Positions 8,529 through 18,809 are shown, counted from the first letter of the stretch. The stretch: DNA of 64,000 nt from an uncultured Gemmatimonadaceae bacterium (GCA_963761305.1 CAVXGK010000002.1:2752001-2816000); one strand, 5' to 3'. Translations and numbers: made by a program. Notes: a model not told the origin generated them from the sequence alone.

Positions 8529-9747
8529 CGCGCCCGCGGTGGCGTGCCGTCTTTGCCTGGTGCACCTCCGCCGACGCCGTCTCAGCGCGCCGTAACGTCA
8601 CGAGCGTGACTTCAGGCCGTGCGCCGATCCGGAATGGAATTCCCCAGTAGCCCGTCCCGGGGCTGATGTAGAGCACCGAGTCATCGCTCGTGTGCGCGCC
8701 CATCGCGTGCGCGAGGAATGGCGACGCGAGGCTCCAGCCGAGCCTCGGCAGCGCGAACTGTCCCCAGTGCGTGTGTCCGCTCAACGTGAGCGCCACGCCT
8801 CGTGACGCTAGCGACGGCCAAAGCGCCGGATTGTGCGCGAATGCGACGACCGTCGCATCGCGCGGCACGTCGGCCAGCGCGAGGTCGATGTCCGGCGCCG
8901 CGCGCGACGTGCCGCGCCGTCCGCCGGCCGGATCGCCCGTGCCGACGACGACGATCGCCTCGCCGCCGCGACGAATCACGCGCGCTTCGTTCACCAGCAC
9001 AGTTCCCAGATTGGCGCGCCGCAGCGCACCCTCGACGTCGTCCCACCCCGCGTAGACGTCGTGATTGCCGGGAATCATGAACACGCCGGACGGCGCCGAG
9101 AGCGAGCCAAGTAGGTTGGCGTAGACGGCCACGTCCTCGGCGCGATCGTCGATCAGGTCGCCGGTGATGGCGATGATGTCCGGCGACAGCCCTTGCGTCG
9201 CACGCACAACGCGGTTGACGAATCGCTTCGACGTGTGCGGGCCGATGTGCAGGTCCGACAGTTGGCCGATCTTGAGACCATCGAAACTCGGCGGCAGACC
9301 CGGAACGAACGCGTCCACGTGTCGCACGACGAGCCAGTTCGAGCCGACGTAGCCGGCGAGAAGAACGATCGCCATCACGACGACGACTACCAGCGCGAAC
9401 GCGCGTCCTACGACCAGCGCATGGCCGAACGGCGCACCGCCGATCAGGCCGATGAGTCCGGCCCCCGCGATGAGCGGAAGCAGCAGGTTCGCGTAGAGAA
9501 ACGGCCGCACCACCAGCAGTCGAAACGCGGCGTTCGGATAAAATGGCCAGCCCCGCCATCGAAGGAATACGACGAGTGGGAGCGTGAAGTACGCGGCCAC
9601 GGCCAGGGTCAGGGGCAGCGCTCCGGGGAACAGCCCGGCGGCGAGCGCGGCGATCGTCCCCCACGCGGCACCGAAGTAGACGACGACCCGCGCCGCGATC
9701 ACCGCAGGCGAACCGCCGCGACGGCGCCGGGGTCGTGAATTCGACAT
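8425..9747 (-). CDS. Membrane-anchored metallophosphoesterase (YkuE-like)
   Basis: N-terminal TM helices, then SDLH, TGDLID, GNHD, AHNP, SGHTHWGQ. Confidence 0.9.
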   Translation of the reverse strand: MSNSRPRRRRGGSPAVIAARVVVYFGAAWGTIAALAAGLFPGALPLTLAVAAYFTLPLVVFLRWRGWPFYPNAAFRLLVVRPFLYANLLLPLIAGAGLIGLIGGAPFGHALVVGRAFALVVVVVMAIVLLAGYVGSNWLVVRHVDAFVPGLPPSFDGLKIGQLSDLHIGPHTSKRFVNRVVRATQGLSPDIIAITGDLIDDRAEDVAVYANLLGSLSAPSGVFMIPGNHDVYAGWDDVEGALRRANLGTVLVNEARVIRRGGEAIVVVGTGDPAGGRRGTSRAAPDIDLALADVPRDATVVAFAHNPALWPSLASRGVALTLSGHTHWGQFALPRLGWSLASPFLAHAMGAHTSDDSVLYISPGTGYWGIPFRIGARPEVTLVTLRRAETASAEVHQAKTARHRGRATSSPPARSPAAAPTPDRLPRLRPSLPPRPRAGW

Positions 9748-9941
9748 GCTGAAATCTGCCGGCGCGTGGAAGCGCTCGCGTCGGGCGTGTTGCGGCAACT
9801 GCGGCTGAGCTTCCTATTTGGCCCGTCCGGACCCGAACGGAATCGGCGATCCGGGCGTAGCCCATGTGCCAGCCGCCGTTCCGTGGCGGAGGGCCGGTCC
9901 GAACGGTATCGTATCCCGTTGGTCCCTACCCCTTCAGTGCC

Positions 9942-10556
9942 ATGTTCACGCCTCACAAGTTCGCGGTCCTGCTCGCGTTCCCGTTGATGCTCGCCTGTTC
10001 GTCGGGGGAAAAACCCGCGGCGACCGTTCAACAGCAAGCGATGGCCGGCATGTCCGCGCCGGTGAAAATCCCCGCAGGGGCGATCTTCACCGAAGCCGAC
10101 GTCCACTTCATGCAGGGCATGATCGCGCACCACGCGCAGGCCATCTATATGTCGAACATGGCCGGGGCCCACGAGGGGAATCCGCATCTTCTCAAGTTCG
10201 CGGCAAAAATCGCCCAATCACAGACCGCCGAGATCCGGCTGATGCAAGATTGGCTGCGTCGAAACGGGCAATCCGCGCCGGACACATCGTCGTGGCACAC
10301 GATGCAGATGCCGGGGATGCTCACGGCGCAGCAACTCAAGGACCTCGCCGGCTCGAAGGGTGTCGATTTCGACCGCGAGTTTTTGAACCTGATGATCCAG
10401 CATCATGAAGGCGCGCTCCAAATGGTCTCGGATCTTTTCGCGTCGCCGCTGGCGGGGCAGGACGTCGACGTCTCGGTGTTTGCAAACGACGTCGAAACCG
10501 TGCAAACCGCCGAGATCAACACGATGCACGGCATGCTCGACCATCTGGGCAATTGA
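9942..10556 (+). CDS. DUF305 domain lipoprotein
   Basis: Lipobox MLAC; ADVHFMQGMIAHHAQA and MIQHHEGA paired-His ferritin-like motifs. Confidence 0.88.
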   Translation: MFTPHKFAVLLAFPLMLACSSGEKPAATVQQQAMAGMSAPVKIPAGAIFTEADVHFMQGMIAHHAQAIYMSNMAGAHEGNPHLLKFAAKIAQSQTAEIRLMQDWLRRNGQSAPDTSSWHTMQMPGMLTAQQLKDLAGSKGVDFDREFLNLMIQHHEGALQMVSDLFASPLAGQDVDVSVFANDVETVQTAEINTMHGMLDHLGN

Positions 10557-10614
10557 GGTCTTTCAAATAGTCGGTCGCTGAACCCTTACTCCCTCACCCT
10601 CCGGAGCTCGTCTG

Positions 10615-12549
10615 ATGGGTACCGCTCGCAGGACGTTCGCCCTCGCCGCCGCCATGCTCTTCGCCTCCGCGCCTGCGCTTTTCGCGCAGACGTATCCGAC
10701 CGGCAACGACCCGCGCAACGGGCTCAAGCCGGGACGATATGACGCGGGCCAGGCGGCGAGCGGCATGAAGTTGTTGTCATTCTCGAAGAAGCCGGCCGAG
10801 TTCGACTCGACCGCGGGGTTGAGGTTCATCAACTCGGACCTCGCGTTCCGCGACCACTACGTCTACCAGGGCAACTTCGCCGGATTCATGGTGTGGGACG
10901 TCAAGAATCCCGCCAAGCCGTTGCTCGTCGCGACGGTCCCGTGCATCACCGCGCAGGGCGATCCGTCGATCGTCGGCCATCTGCTCTTCATCTCGGCCGA
11001 AGGCGGTGGAAACCGCAAGGACTGCGCGAACACCGGCATCAGGGATACGTCCGATCACACGTCTCACATGACGGGCGTCCGCATCTACGACGTTGCCGAT
11101 CCGGCGCACCCGAAGCTCATCAAGAACGTCGAGACGTGCAAAGGATCGCACACGCACACATTGATCCCCGACCCGAAGGACAAGGGCACGGTCTATCTCT
11201 ATGTGTCGGGGAGCCAGAGCGCGCGTCCGTCGGTGGAGCTCGCGGGATGCAACAACAGCACCGACCCGGCGGACACGACGAACTCGCTGTATCGCCTCGA
11301 CATCATCAAGGTGCCGCTCGCGCATCCGGAGAACGCCACGGTGGTCGGCGGCGCGCGCATCTTCACCGGACTCGGTCAGGCGGCGCAGAGCACCGCGCGA
11401 CGCGACGCTCAGGCGAACCGCGGCGCGCGGGGCGGCCGGGGCGGAAACGCGCCCGGTGACAACCGGCAAGCAAACGCCGCGCAAGCCCCGGCAAGGGGTT
11501 TCGGTTTTCGGCCGGATCCGTCGAACGGTCCCTGGAACTGCCACGACGTGACGGCGTATCCCGACATGCATTTGCTCGCCGGCGCGTGCGCGAGCTACGG
11601 GTTGCTCGTCGACATCTCGAATCCGCTCAAGCCCGTGCGCATTTCCGAGAAGGCCGACACGAACTTCTCGCTCTGGCACACCGCCGTGTTCAGCAACGAC
11701 GCCTCGAAGGTCGTGTTCACCGACGAGTGGGGCGGTGGCACGTCGCCCAACTGCCAGATCACGAGCATGATGGAGATGGGCGGCAACGCGATCCTCACGA
11801 TCAGCAAGGACCACAAGTACACGCAGCACGCGTACTTCAAGATTCCGACGGCGCAGAGCGCCCAGGAGAACTGCGTGTCGCACAACGGCGGCCTCATTCC
11901 GGTGCCGGGTCGCGACCTGATGGTGCAGGGTTGGTATCAGGGCGGCATCGACGTGAGCGATTTCACGGATCCTGATCATCCGTACGAGGTCGCGTTCTTC
12001 GACCGCGGTCCGGTCGATCTGCCGTCCGATACGATGCCGGTGACCGTGGCCGGCAGCGCCGCAGGTGCGCCAGCCGCGGGTGCGCCACCCGCCGGCGGCG
12101 GCCGCGCATTCCGCAGCACCATCGGCGGATCGTGGGGCGCGTACTACTGGAACGGCTACATCTATTCGTCCGAGCTCGCCCGCGGCTTCGACATTCTCGA
12201 GCTGCTGCCGAGCGACAAGCTCTCGGCCAACGAGCTCGCGGCCGCGAAGCTGGTGCGGTTCGTGGAGTACAACCCGCAGAGCCAGCCGCACCTCGTGTGG
12301 CCGGCGGCGTTCCCGGTGGTGCGCTCGTACCTCGACCAGCTCGTGCGCGACAACGGCCTGACGTCCGAGCAGACGACGTCGATCGCGAAGGCGCTGGACG
12401 CGGCCGAGAAGGAATCGGGTGCCGCGCGCGGTGCATCGTTGACGAAGCTCGCGAAGCAGGTGGATGGTGAAGTCGCCGGCGCGAAGGACCAGCCCCGCGC
12501 GAAGGCGTTGTCGGCCGAGATCAAGCGGTTGGCGGCGGTGTCGAAGTAG
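10615..12549 (+). CDS. Secreted LVIVD-repeat protein
   Basis: Signal peptide, NSDLAF, GSHTHT, CHDVT, FTDEWGGG, ENCVSHNG; GGAG RBS. Confidence 0.85.
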   Translation: MGTARRTFALAAAMLFASAPALFAQTYPTGNDPRNGLKPGRYDAGQAASGMKLLSFSKKPAEFDSTAGLRFINSDLAFRDHYVYQGNFAGFMVWDVKNPAKPLLVATVPCITAQGDPSIVGHLLFISAEGGGNRKDCANTGIRDTSDHTSHMTGVRIYDVADPAHPKLIKNVETCKGSHTHTLIPDPKDKGTVYLYVSGSQSARPSVELAGCNNSTDPADTTNSLYRLDIIKVPLAHPENATVVGGARIFTGLGQAAQSTARRDAQANRGARGGRGGNAPGDNRQANAAQAPARGFGFRPDPSNGPWNCHDVTAYPDMHLLAGACASYGLLVDISNPLKPVRISEKADTNFSLWHTAVFSNDASKVVFTDEWGGGTSPNCQITSMMEMGGNAILTISKDHKYTQHAYFKIPTAQSAQENCVSHNGGLIPVPGRDLMVQGWYQGGIDVSDFTDPDHPYEVAFFDRGPVDLPSDTMPVTVAGSAAGAPAAGAPPAGGGRAFRSTIGGSWGAYYWNGYIYSSELARGFDILELLPSDKLSANELAAAKLVRFVEYNPQSQPHLVWPAAFPVVRSYLDQLVRDNGLTSEQTTSIAKALDAAEKESGAARGASLTKLAKQVDGEVAGAKDQPRAKALSAEIKRLAAVSK

Positions 12550-12599
12550 ATCCAGCCAGCTCGTGGCCGGCGATGGTGGCCGCGGAAGGAATAGGAACG

Positions 12600-12633
12600 A
12601 AGAAACCCACACCTGCGCGGTGTGGGTTTCTTT
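12600..12633. terminator. Probable bidirectional intrinsic terminator
   Basis: aagaaacccacacc-tgcgc-ggtgtgggtttctt perfect stem between convergent genes. Confidence 0.85.
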
Positions 12634-12671
12634 GTGTCTCGAGTGTCGCCAATGCGACTACGGTTCGACCG

Positions 12672-13253
12672 TTACTTCGTGATGCTCACGACGCCGGCGA
12701 TCGGATTCGATCCGAAATGCGTGGCCGCGGCACCCCCAAACGTCAGCGCAATGTTCGAGAAGGCGACAAGGCTGCCCCCGGTGACATCGATCTGCAGCGT
12801 GGACGTCGGCGGAGTGGTTTTTTCAAAAGTCGGGGGGGCCCCGTTCCCCGTAATCGTCGTCTCATCCGCCTGGCTGCTGACGCGAAAACCGCCCGGAATC
12901 GGCGTCACTGTCCCGACTACCGAGATGTGATGCGTATGGGGGTTGCGCGTCGTGAGGCTGTTAGCATCGGGTGCTGCGGGCGCAAGCGGGTTGAAGCTGA
13001 AAAACAGATCGGATCGCTCCATCGACAATTCCGCGGTGAACACAGCCGCGTCCGGTCCTCCTGTCACATCCAGGGACCAGTCGCCGTGAATCGCCCAGCT
13101 GCCAGACGTCGGCGTCGTCAAGTCGTGGATCGATCCGGTCAAATGGAGACCGTTGAAATGATCATTCCCCCCTTTTTGACCCTGGGCGGGAACGCTGACT
13201 GCGGCGAACGCGAGAACCCCGACGAGCGGGATCCAGTGGAACTGTTTGACCAT
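12672..13253 (-). CDS. Secreted hypothetical protein (beta-rich)
   Basis: Signal peptide, strong GGAGG RBS, Thr/Gly-rich mature part. Confidence 0.75.
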   Translation of the reverse strand: MVKQFHWIPLVGVLAFAAVSVPAQGQKGGNDHFNGLHLTGSIHDLTTPTSGSWAIHGDWSLDVTGGPDAAVFTAELSMERSDLFFSFNPLAPAAPDANSLTTRNPHTHHISVVGTVTPIPGGFRVSSQADETTITGNGAPPTFEKTTPPTSTLQIDVTGGSLVAFSNIALTFGGAAATHFGSNPIAGVVSITK

Positions 13254-13359
13254 GACCTACCTCCCTGTGCCGACGGTTACGGGACGGCGAACATAGGCCG
13301 CCGGTCTCCACCGACAAAGCGGCAAGGTGCGGCGTTGCACGATGCCGGGACGGTCTGAC

Positions 13360-13389
13360 GTCGAATGCGGTCGAATGCCGTCGATTGCC
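13360..13389. promoter_or_regulatory. Three 10-bp direct repeats, putative operator
   Basis: gtcgaatgcg gtcgaatgcc gtcgattgcc in the divergent intergenic region. Confidence 0.5.
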
Positions 13390-13444
13390 GCGTCATGAGG
13401 CGCGAGCTAGAATCGGGTTCCGCCACGGGAGCCTGGACTGCGCA

Positions 13445-15400
13445 ATGAGCGAACTCCCATTAAAAACACCGGCGCCCCCCATCGCGGCGAGCCCGCGCGA
13501 GTCTCGGCTCGATTCCTGGAAGGAGATCGCGGCCTATCTCCGCCGCGACGTGAGCACCGTCCAGCGCTGGGAAAAGCGCGAGGGGATGCCCGTCCATCGC
13601 CATCTTCACGCAAAGCAGGGGTCCGTGTCCGCCGTCCGGACCGAGCTTGACGCGTGGTCACAGAGCCGGAGGGTTCGGGTCGTCCCCGACGGGGCGAAGG
13701 AAGAACCGGCCGGGCCGCCGGATGCGGACGCGTTCCCGCGGAATCCACTCGAGAATGCGGAATTCGCGCCCGTCGCGGATTTCGACGGCTCGCCACACGC
13801 GGCGACGATCTCGCGCGACGGGAAGTTCGTCGCGTTCCTCGCGAATCTCGACGGACGAACGGACGTCTGGATCACTCAAGTCGGCGCCGGACGATTCTAC
13901 AACCTGACCCGCGGCGCAGCGCTCGATCTCGTGAATCACGACATTCGCACGCTGTCGTTTTCACCCGACGGGGCGCTCGTCTTGTTTTGGGCGCGCACTT
14001 CGGGGGGAGGAGGATCGACCGGCCGCAGCGTCGGAATCTGGTCCGTGCCCACGCTTGGCGGCGAGCCGCGGCCATACCTCGACGATGTGCCGGAGCTCGA
14101 TTGGAGCGAGAGCGGGCGGCTCGTCTACCATACGGCGGCGCACGGAGATCCGATATTCGTCACCGGTCCCAACCAACCTCCACCCGGCGATCGGATCTTC
14201 GCCGAGTCGCCGGGACGCCATGCCCACTTCCCCGTGTGGTCGCCCGACGAGGCCTTCATCTACTTTGTCGGCGGAATCGTGCCGAAGGAATTGGATCTCT
14301 GGCGGATCAGACCCGTCGGTGGCTCCGCCGAACGCCTCACCTTTCACGACTCGCGCGTGGCATATCCGGTCTTCGTGAATCGCCGGACGCTGTTGTATCT
14401 CGCGACCGGCGCCGACGGCTTGGGACCGTGGCTGCATGCCCTGGACGTCGACCGGCGCATCGCGCGTCGGATCGGAACCGGCATCGACCGTTACACGTCG
14501 CTCGCGGTCAGCGGCGACCGGCGGCGACTCGTGGCGACGAGATCGAATCCCAAAGCTGAGCTGTGGCGCGCCGCTCTTTGCGAGACGCCGGCCTCGATCT
14601 CGAGCGCGACTCGCTTGCGTTTGCCGACTGGCTCCGGGCGCTCGCCGCGATACGGACCCGGGTATCTGATGTACGTGTCTTCGACAGGGACAAGCGACAG
14701 CCTGTGGAGACTCGTGGACGACGCGGCCGCTGAATTGTGGAGTGCGCCGGCCGGCGCGCAGATCGTCGGCGGCGCTGCGGTCACAGCCGATGGAGGGCGT
14801 GTCGCCATCTCGGTGAGCGAGCGGGGGCAGTCGCGACTGTATGTGATGAACGTCGACGGAACGCACTCGCGCATCGTCGCTGACTCGCTCGCGCTGCGCG
14901 GGGCACCCGTCTGGGCGCCGGACGGACGATCGCTGCTGGTGACGGCGGCCGACGAGACCGGCACACCGTGCGTGCATCGAGTGTCGCTGGACGGGAGTGC
15001 TCCGACTCGTGTCCTGTCGGAATATTCGGTCGATCCGGCCTGGGCGCCGGACGGTTCGTTCTTCGTCTATTCAGGCCCGGACATCGGGACGACATTCCAG
15101 GTGAGGGCCGCGACGCCTGAGGGCAGGCCGTACCACCTCCCGAATGTCGCCCTCGCGCGCGGAGCGCGGCACGTCGCATTCCTGCCGGACGGCCTCGCGC
15201 TAATCGTCCTCAAGGGCGAGATGGGACGGAGGGAGGTTTCGCTGATCGATCTGAAAACGGGGAGCGAGCGGCCGCTGACGAATTTCGGACGCGACATCGT
15301 CGTGCGCGACTTCGACGTTTCTCCCGACGGCCGCGATCTGGTCATCGAGCAGGTGCAGGAGCACTCGGATATCGTGCGGATCGATTTGCCAACTCGATGA
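13445..15400 (+). CDS. N-terminal putative DNA-binding domain fused to TolB-like (PD40) beta-propellers
   Basis: RLDSWKEIAAYLRRDVSTVQRWEK N-terminal motif; many (W/F/V)SPDG-type repeats. Confidence 0.85.
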   Translation: MSELPLKTPAPPIAASPRESRLDSWKEIAAYLRRDVSTVQRWEKREGMPVHRHLHAKQGSVSAVRTELDAWSQSRRVRVVPDGAKEEPAGPPDADAFPRNPLENAEFAPVADFDGSPHAATISRDGKFVAFLANLDGRTDVWITQVGAGRFYNLTRGAALDLVNHDIRTLSFSPDGALVLFWARTSGGGGSTGRSVGIWSVPTLGGEPRPYLDDVPELDWSESGRLVYHTAAHGDPIFVTGPNQPPPGDRIFAESPGRHAHFPVWSPDEAFIYFVGGIVPKELDLWRIRPVGGSAERLTFHDSRVAYPVFVNRRTLLYLATGADGLGPWLHALDVDRRIARRIGTGIDRYTSLAVSGDRRRLVATRSNPKAELWRAALCETPASISSATRLRLPTGSGRSPRYGPGYLMYVSSTGTSDSLWRLVDDAAAELWSAPAGAQIVGGAAVTADGGRVAISVSERGQSRLYVMNVDGTHSRIVADSLALRGAPVWAPDGRSLLVTAADETGTPCVHRVSLDGSAPTRVLSEYSVDPAWAPDGSFFVYSGPDIGTTFQVRAATPEGRPYHLPNVALARGARHVAFLPDGLALIVLKGEMGRREVSLIDLKTGSERPLTNFGRDIVVRDFDVSPDGRDLVIEQVQEHSDIVRIDLPTR

Positions 15401-16101
15401 CGCCCGCCGTACAATCGATAGCAATGACCAAGCGTCGATACGGGGATGAGGAGGTCCGCGAGATTTTCAGTCTCGCGACTGCGGGCGGCACGTCCGACCG
15501 GTCACTGCCTGCCGAATCCGGCGGGCTGACCCTGGATGAGCTCCAGCGCATCGGCGAGGAGGCGGGCATCGAACCGGCGCGAGTCGCGCAAGCCGCTGAG
15601 AAGCTCGACGCCCGCGGGAGGCCGACGCCCGTCCGGCGATCTTTCGGACTCCCGATGGGAGTGTCGCGGGTGGTCGATCTTCCGCGCGCCCCGACGGATC
15701 GGGAGTGGGAGCAATTGATATCTCAATTCAGGACCACGTTTGGGACGCCTGGCCGCATGACGACTTCGGGCGGGCTCCGCGAATGGTCACGGGGCGACAT
15801 GCACATCTCCGTCGAGCCCACCGAGCATGGCGAACAGCTCCGACTCACCGCACGTAACGAGGCCGCCGTGGGCCTCAACGCGCTTGGAGTCCTGACGGGC
15901 GGAGTGTCGGTGCTCACCGGCGCGTTGGCCGCTGCCGCTGGCAAGCCGGAAAAGGCGCTGGTGGTGTTCGGCGTGTTCGGCGCAATGGCGCTGGGCACGT
16001 TCGGAGCGAACCTGTTTCGCTCGCCGCGTTGGGCCCGTGAGCGCACGCGACAGATGGAGGCGATCGCCGAGCACGTGGTGAAGCTGCTCTCCAATCCATA
16101 G
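15397..16101 (+). CDS. Conserved hypothetical membrane protein
   Basis: RRYGDEEVREIF..GLTLDELQRIGEEAGI N-terminus, two C-terminal TM helices; ATGA overlap. Confidence 0.75.
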   Translation: MTPAVQSIAMTKRRYGDEEVREIFSLATAGGTSDRSLPAESGGLTLDELQRIGEEAGIEPARVAQAAEKLDARGRPTPVRRSFGLPMGVSRVVDLPRAPTDREWEQLISQFRTTFGTPGRMTTSGGLREWSRGDMHISVEPTEHGEQLRLTARNEAAVGLNALGVLTGGVSVLTGALAAAAGKPEKALVVFGVFGAMALGTFGANLFRSPRWARERTRQMEAIAEHVVKLLSNP

Positions 16102-16104
16102 GTC

Positions 16105-16542
16105 ATGGCCGCATCGGTCGCACTGGTGCTGGCCGGCGTCTTCATCTCGATCGCGGCGCTCCACATCCGTTGGGCATTGGCACCAGGTCGCACGAGCTCC
16201 AGCCCTGTCGGCGTCGCGGTCCCGACGCGCTTGGATGGAACGCCGCTCTTCGAGCCAGGGCGCGCCGCCACGCTCGGCGTCGCGCTGTTGCTCATCATCG
16301 CCAGCCTGCTCGTGCTCCAACAGGGCGGGATTCTGACACTGCCTGGCCGAGCGGTCGCGTACCGGCTCGGCATCTGGCTGCTCGGAGCGGTTCTCGTGCT
16401 GCGCACGGTGGGTGACTTCCGGTACGTCGGAATGTTCAAACGGGAGCGGCGCACACGATTCGCCGCGCGCGACAGTCGCATCTACACGCCCCTGTGCGGT
16501 GTGCTCGCCGCGGGCGTCCTCTATCTCGCCGTCAACCGATAG
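16105..16542 (+). CDS. DUF3995-like membrane protein
   Basis: AALHIRWA, LRTVGDFRYVG, FAARDSRIYTPLC. Confidence 0.75.
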   Translation: MAASVALVLAGVFISIAALHIRWALAPGRTSSSPVGVAVPTRLDGTPLFEPGRAATLGVALLLIIASLLVLQQGGILTLPGRAVAYRLGIWLLGAVLVLRTVGDFRYVGMFKRERRTRFAARDSRIYTPLCGVLAAGVLYLAVNR

Positions 16543-16546
16543 TGCC

Positions 16547-18046
16547 TTAGCGTTTCACCGGCGACCCGAACCAAGTCGTCATCGCTTCCGTCAGCCCTTG
16601 CAACGTTCCGTCGCCGACCCAGGCGACGTAGCCGTCGGGACGGATCAACACCGCCACGGGCGCAGCGACGTCGCCGATAACCGGCAGTTCCCATTTGCCG
16701 GCGTATTTCGCGTCGACGTACTGAACGCGGTCCGACCACGGCGCTATATCGATGGCGCGCGGCGCGCCGAAGTTCAGAAGCAGCGGCCGAGCCGTGTGAA
16801 GGAAACCGAAGACGCGCCGCGGGCCGCTTACGGTGACAACATCGAGATCGGGCATGCGACGGCCCAGCAGCGGATGCCCCTCTCCCAGATCGTACCGAAT
16901 GTCCAAGCCGGACATCATTCCCGCGATGCGTTTGCGCGGCTCCTCCATCGTGAGGAGGTCGCCGACGATGTCGCGCACGGCGAGTGTGCGCGCGTCCTCA
17001 CGGTGCAGCGCCACCTGCGCCATCGTGTTCTTGAGCACGCGCGCGCCGACGGGGTGTCGCTCGGCGTGATACGTGTCGAGCAGGCTCTCCGGCGACGTGC
17101 CCTTGGTCACCTGGGCCAGCTTCCATCCGAGATTCACCGCATCCTGCACGCCTACGCCGAGTCCCTGCCCGCCGATCGGCGAGTGAACGTGCGCGGCGTC
17201 GCCGGCGAGCAACACGCGCCCGCTGCGATAGGTCGCGGCCTGCCGCGTCATGTCGGTGAATCTGGAGATCCAGGTCGGGCTGTGTACGCCGTAGTCGGTG
17301 CCGCACACGGCGACGAGCAGCTCCTTGAGATCGCGCAGCGTCGGCTCGGCGGTTGAATCCGGGTGTGGTTCGGTGACCATGACGCCGATGGGACCCACAT
17401 CCTTATATATGATTTCGCTGCCTTTGATCTCGAACTCCGACCGGCCGAACGCATACATGCCGGCGGCCGAACGATGCACTCCGTACGGCGGCTTCTCCGT
17501 CATCTCCACTTCCGCAAGGATGTTGCTCGTCGTCGGATCCCAACCCGGGAACTCGATGCCCGCGGTCTTGCGTACGAGACTGCGTCCGCCATCGCACCCG
17601 ACGAGATATTGCGCGTGCAGTGACTCGCCGTCGGCGAGGGTGACGTCGACGCCGGCGTCGTGCTGTATGAATCCCGTGATGTCGCGGCCGTAGAGGATTG
17701 GCACCTCGAGCTCGTTGACCCAGCCGGCGAGGATGCGCTCGATGTACTTCTGCCGCAGCGCCAATACGTAGTTGTGGCGCGTCGGGAAGTCGCTTAGTCC
17801 CAAGCGGGTGACGGCGAAGCCGGTGGCCTGCGCCGTTTGTCCCGCCGAGAGAAATCGGTCCGCAATGCCGCGCTGGTCGAGCACTTCGATGGTGCGCGAG
17901 GAGATTCCGAGGGCCCGCGCGCCGGAGAGCTCCTGGTTGGGCCGGCGCTCGACGACGGCGACGTCCACTCCCGCCAGCGCCAATTCGCCTGCGAGCATGA
18001 GACCCGTGGGGCCGCCGCCCGCGATCACGACCGAGTGATTAGTCAT
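16547..18046 (-). CDS. FAD-dependent monooxygenase (FAD_binding_3, Rox/PheA-like)
   Basis: GGGPTG, LVGCDGGRS, LLAGDAAHVHSPIGGQG, LIRPDGYVAW; AGGAG RBS. Confidence 0.92.
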   Translation of the reverse strand: MTNHSVVIAGGGPTGLMLAGELALAGVDVAVVERRPNQELSGARALGISSRTIEVLDQRGIADRFLSAGQTAQATGFAVTRLGLSDFPTRHNYVLALRQKYIERILAGWVNELEVPILYGRDITGFIQHDAGVDVTLADGESLHAQYLVGCDGGRSLVRKTAGIEFPGWDPTTSNILAEVEMTEKPPYGVHRSAAGMYAFGRSEFEIKGSEIIYKDVGPIGVMVTEPHPDSTAEPTLRDLKELLVAVCGTDYGVHSPTWISRFTDMTRQAATYRSGRVLLAGDAAHVHSPIGGQGLGVGVQDAVNLGWKLAQVTKGTSPESLLDTYHAERHPVGARVLKNTMAQVALHREDARTLAVRDIVGDLLTMEEPRKRIAGMMSGLDIRYDLGEGHPLLGRRMPDLDVVTVSGPRRVFGFLHTARPLLLNFGAPRAIDIAPWSDRVQYVDAKYAGKWELPVIGDVAAPVAVLIRPDGYVAWVGDGTLQGLTEAMTTWFGSPVKR

Positions 18047-18137
18047 CGCAACTCCTGGTCAGAACGAGACGCGGAGTATCACCTCGCGCGAGGGTCTTGC
18101 CGCAAGCCTGCGGGTCGTTGATATATATCTGTAGCCG

Positions 18138-18809
18138 ATGAAGCCTTTCGAGCGACTCGGGGAGGCGCGGACTCCGAACGGGACGCTGATCGCGCTGTAT
18201 CGGCACGACGGCGCCTATCTCATTCGCGCCGATGGCGTCGAGCTCATGTCGACTCGCCGACACCTCTCGGAAGATCGGCTCGCCGAAGTCGCCTGCGCTC
18301 CGCTCCGCGAAGTCCCCGGGGCCCGAGTGCTCATCGGTGGCCTAGGGCTGGGGTTCACGCTCCGCGCCGCACTGCGGCACCTTCGCGAGGACGCCGAGAT
18401 CGTGGTGGCGGAGCTCCTCGCCGAAGTCATCGCGTGGAACGAAGACCCGCGGTACGGGCTGTCCGTCGACGCGATGCGCGATCCACGCGTCCGCGTGCTG
18501 CACGGTGACGTGGTTGACGTGCTCCGGGCGAACCCCGCCGCCTTCGATGCGATCATGCTCGACACCGACAACGGCCCCGATGGAATGCTCATGTCCGAGA
18601 ACGCGCCACTCTACGCTTCGAATGGCATCGCGGTCACGGTGGCCGCCCTGCACGCCGGCGGCTCGATCGTGTACTGGTCCGTGGGTGACGACCCGGGGTT
18701 CGCCGGCGCGTTGCGCCGTTCTGGGCTCGCGGTCCGGACGCTGCACGTTCGGGCACACGACACCGCGGGCCCGATGCATACGCTCTACGTAGCGAAGCGG
18801 CGCGTGTAG
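18138..18809 (+). CDS. Spermidine synthase-like SAM-binding protein
   Basis: ELMSTR..SE, VLIGGLGLGFTL, LDTDNGP. Confidence 0.85.
   Translation: MKPFERLGEARTPNGTLIALYRHDGAYLIRADGVELMSTRRHLSEDRLAEVACAPLREVPGARVLIGGLGLGFTLRAALRHLREDAEIVVAELLAEVIAWNEDPRYGLSVDAMRDPRVRVLHGDVVDVLRANPAAFDAIMLDTDNGPDGMLMSENAPLYASNGIAVTVAALHAGGSIVYWSVGDDPGFAGALRRSGLAVRTLHVRAHDTAGPMHTLYVAKRRV

Noticed and set aside
10777..12612. Long antisense or alternative-frame ORFs (also 53004..54959, 57622..59472 and many others)
   Set aside because: Arg/Ala/Pro-rich shadow ORFs expected in high-GC DNA, overlapping well-supported genes
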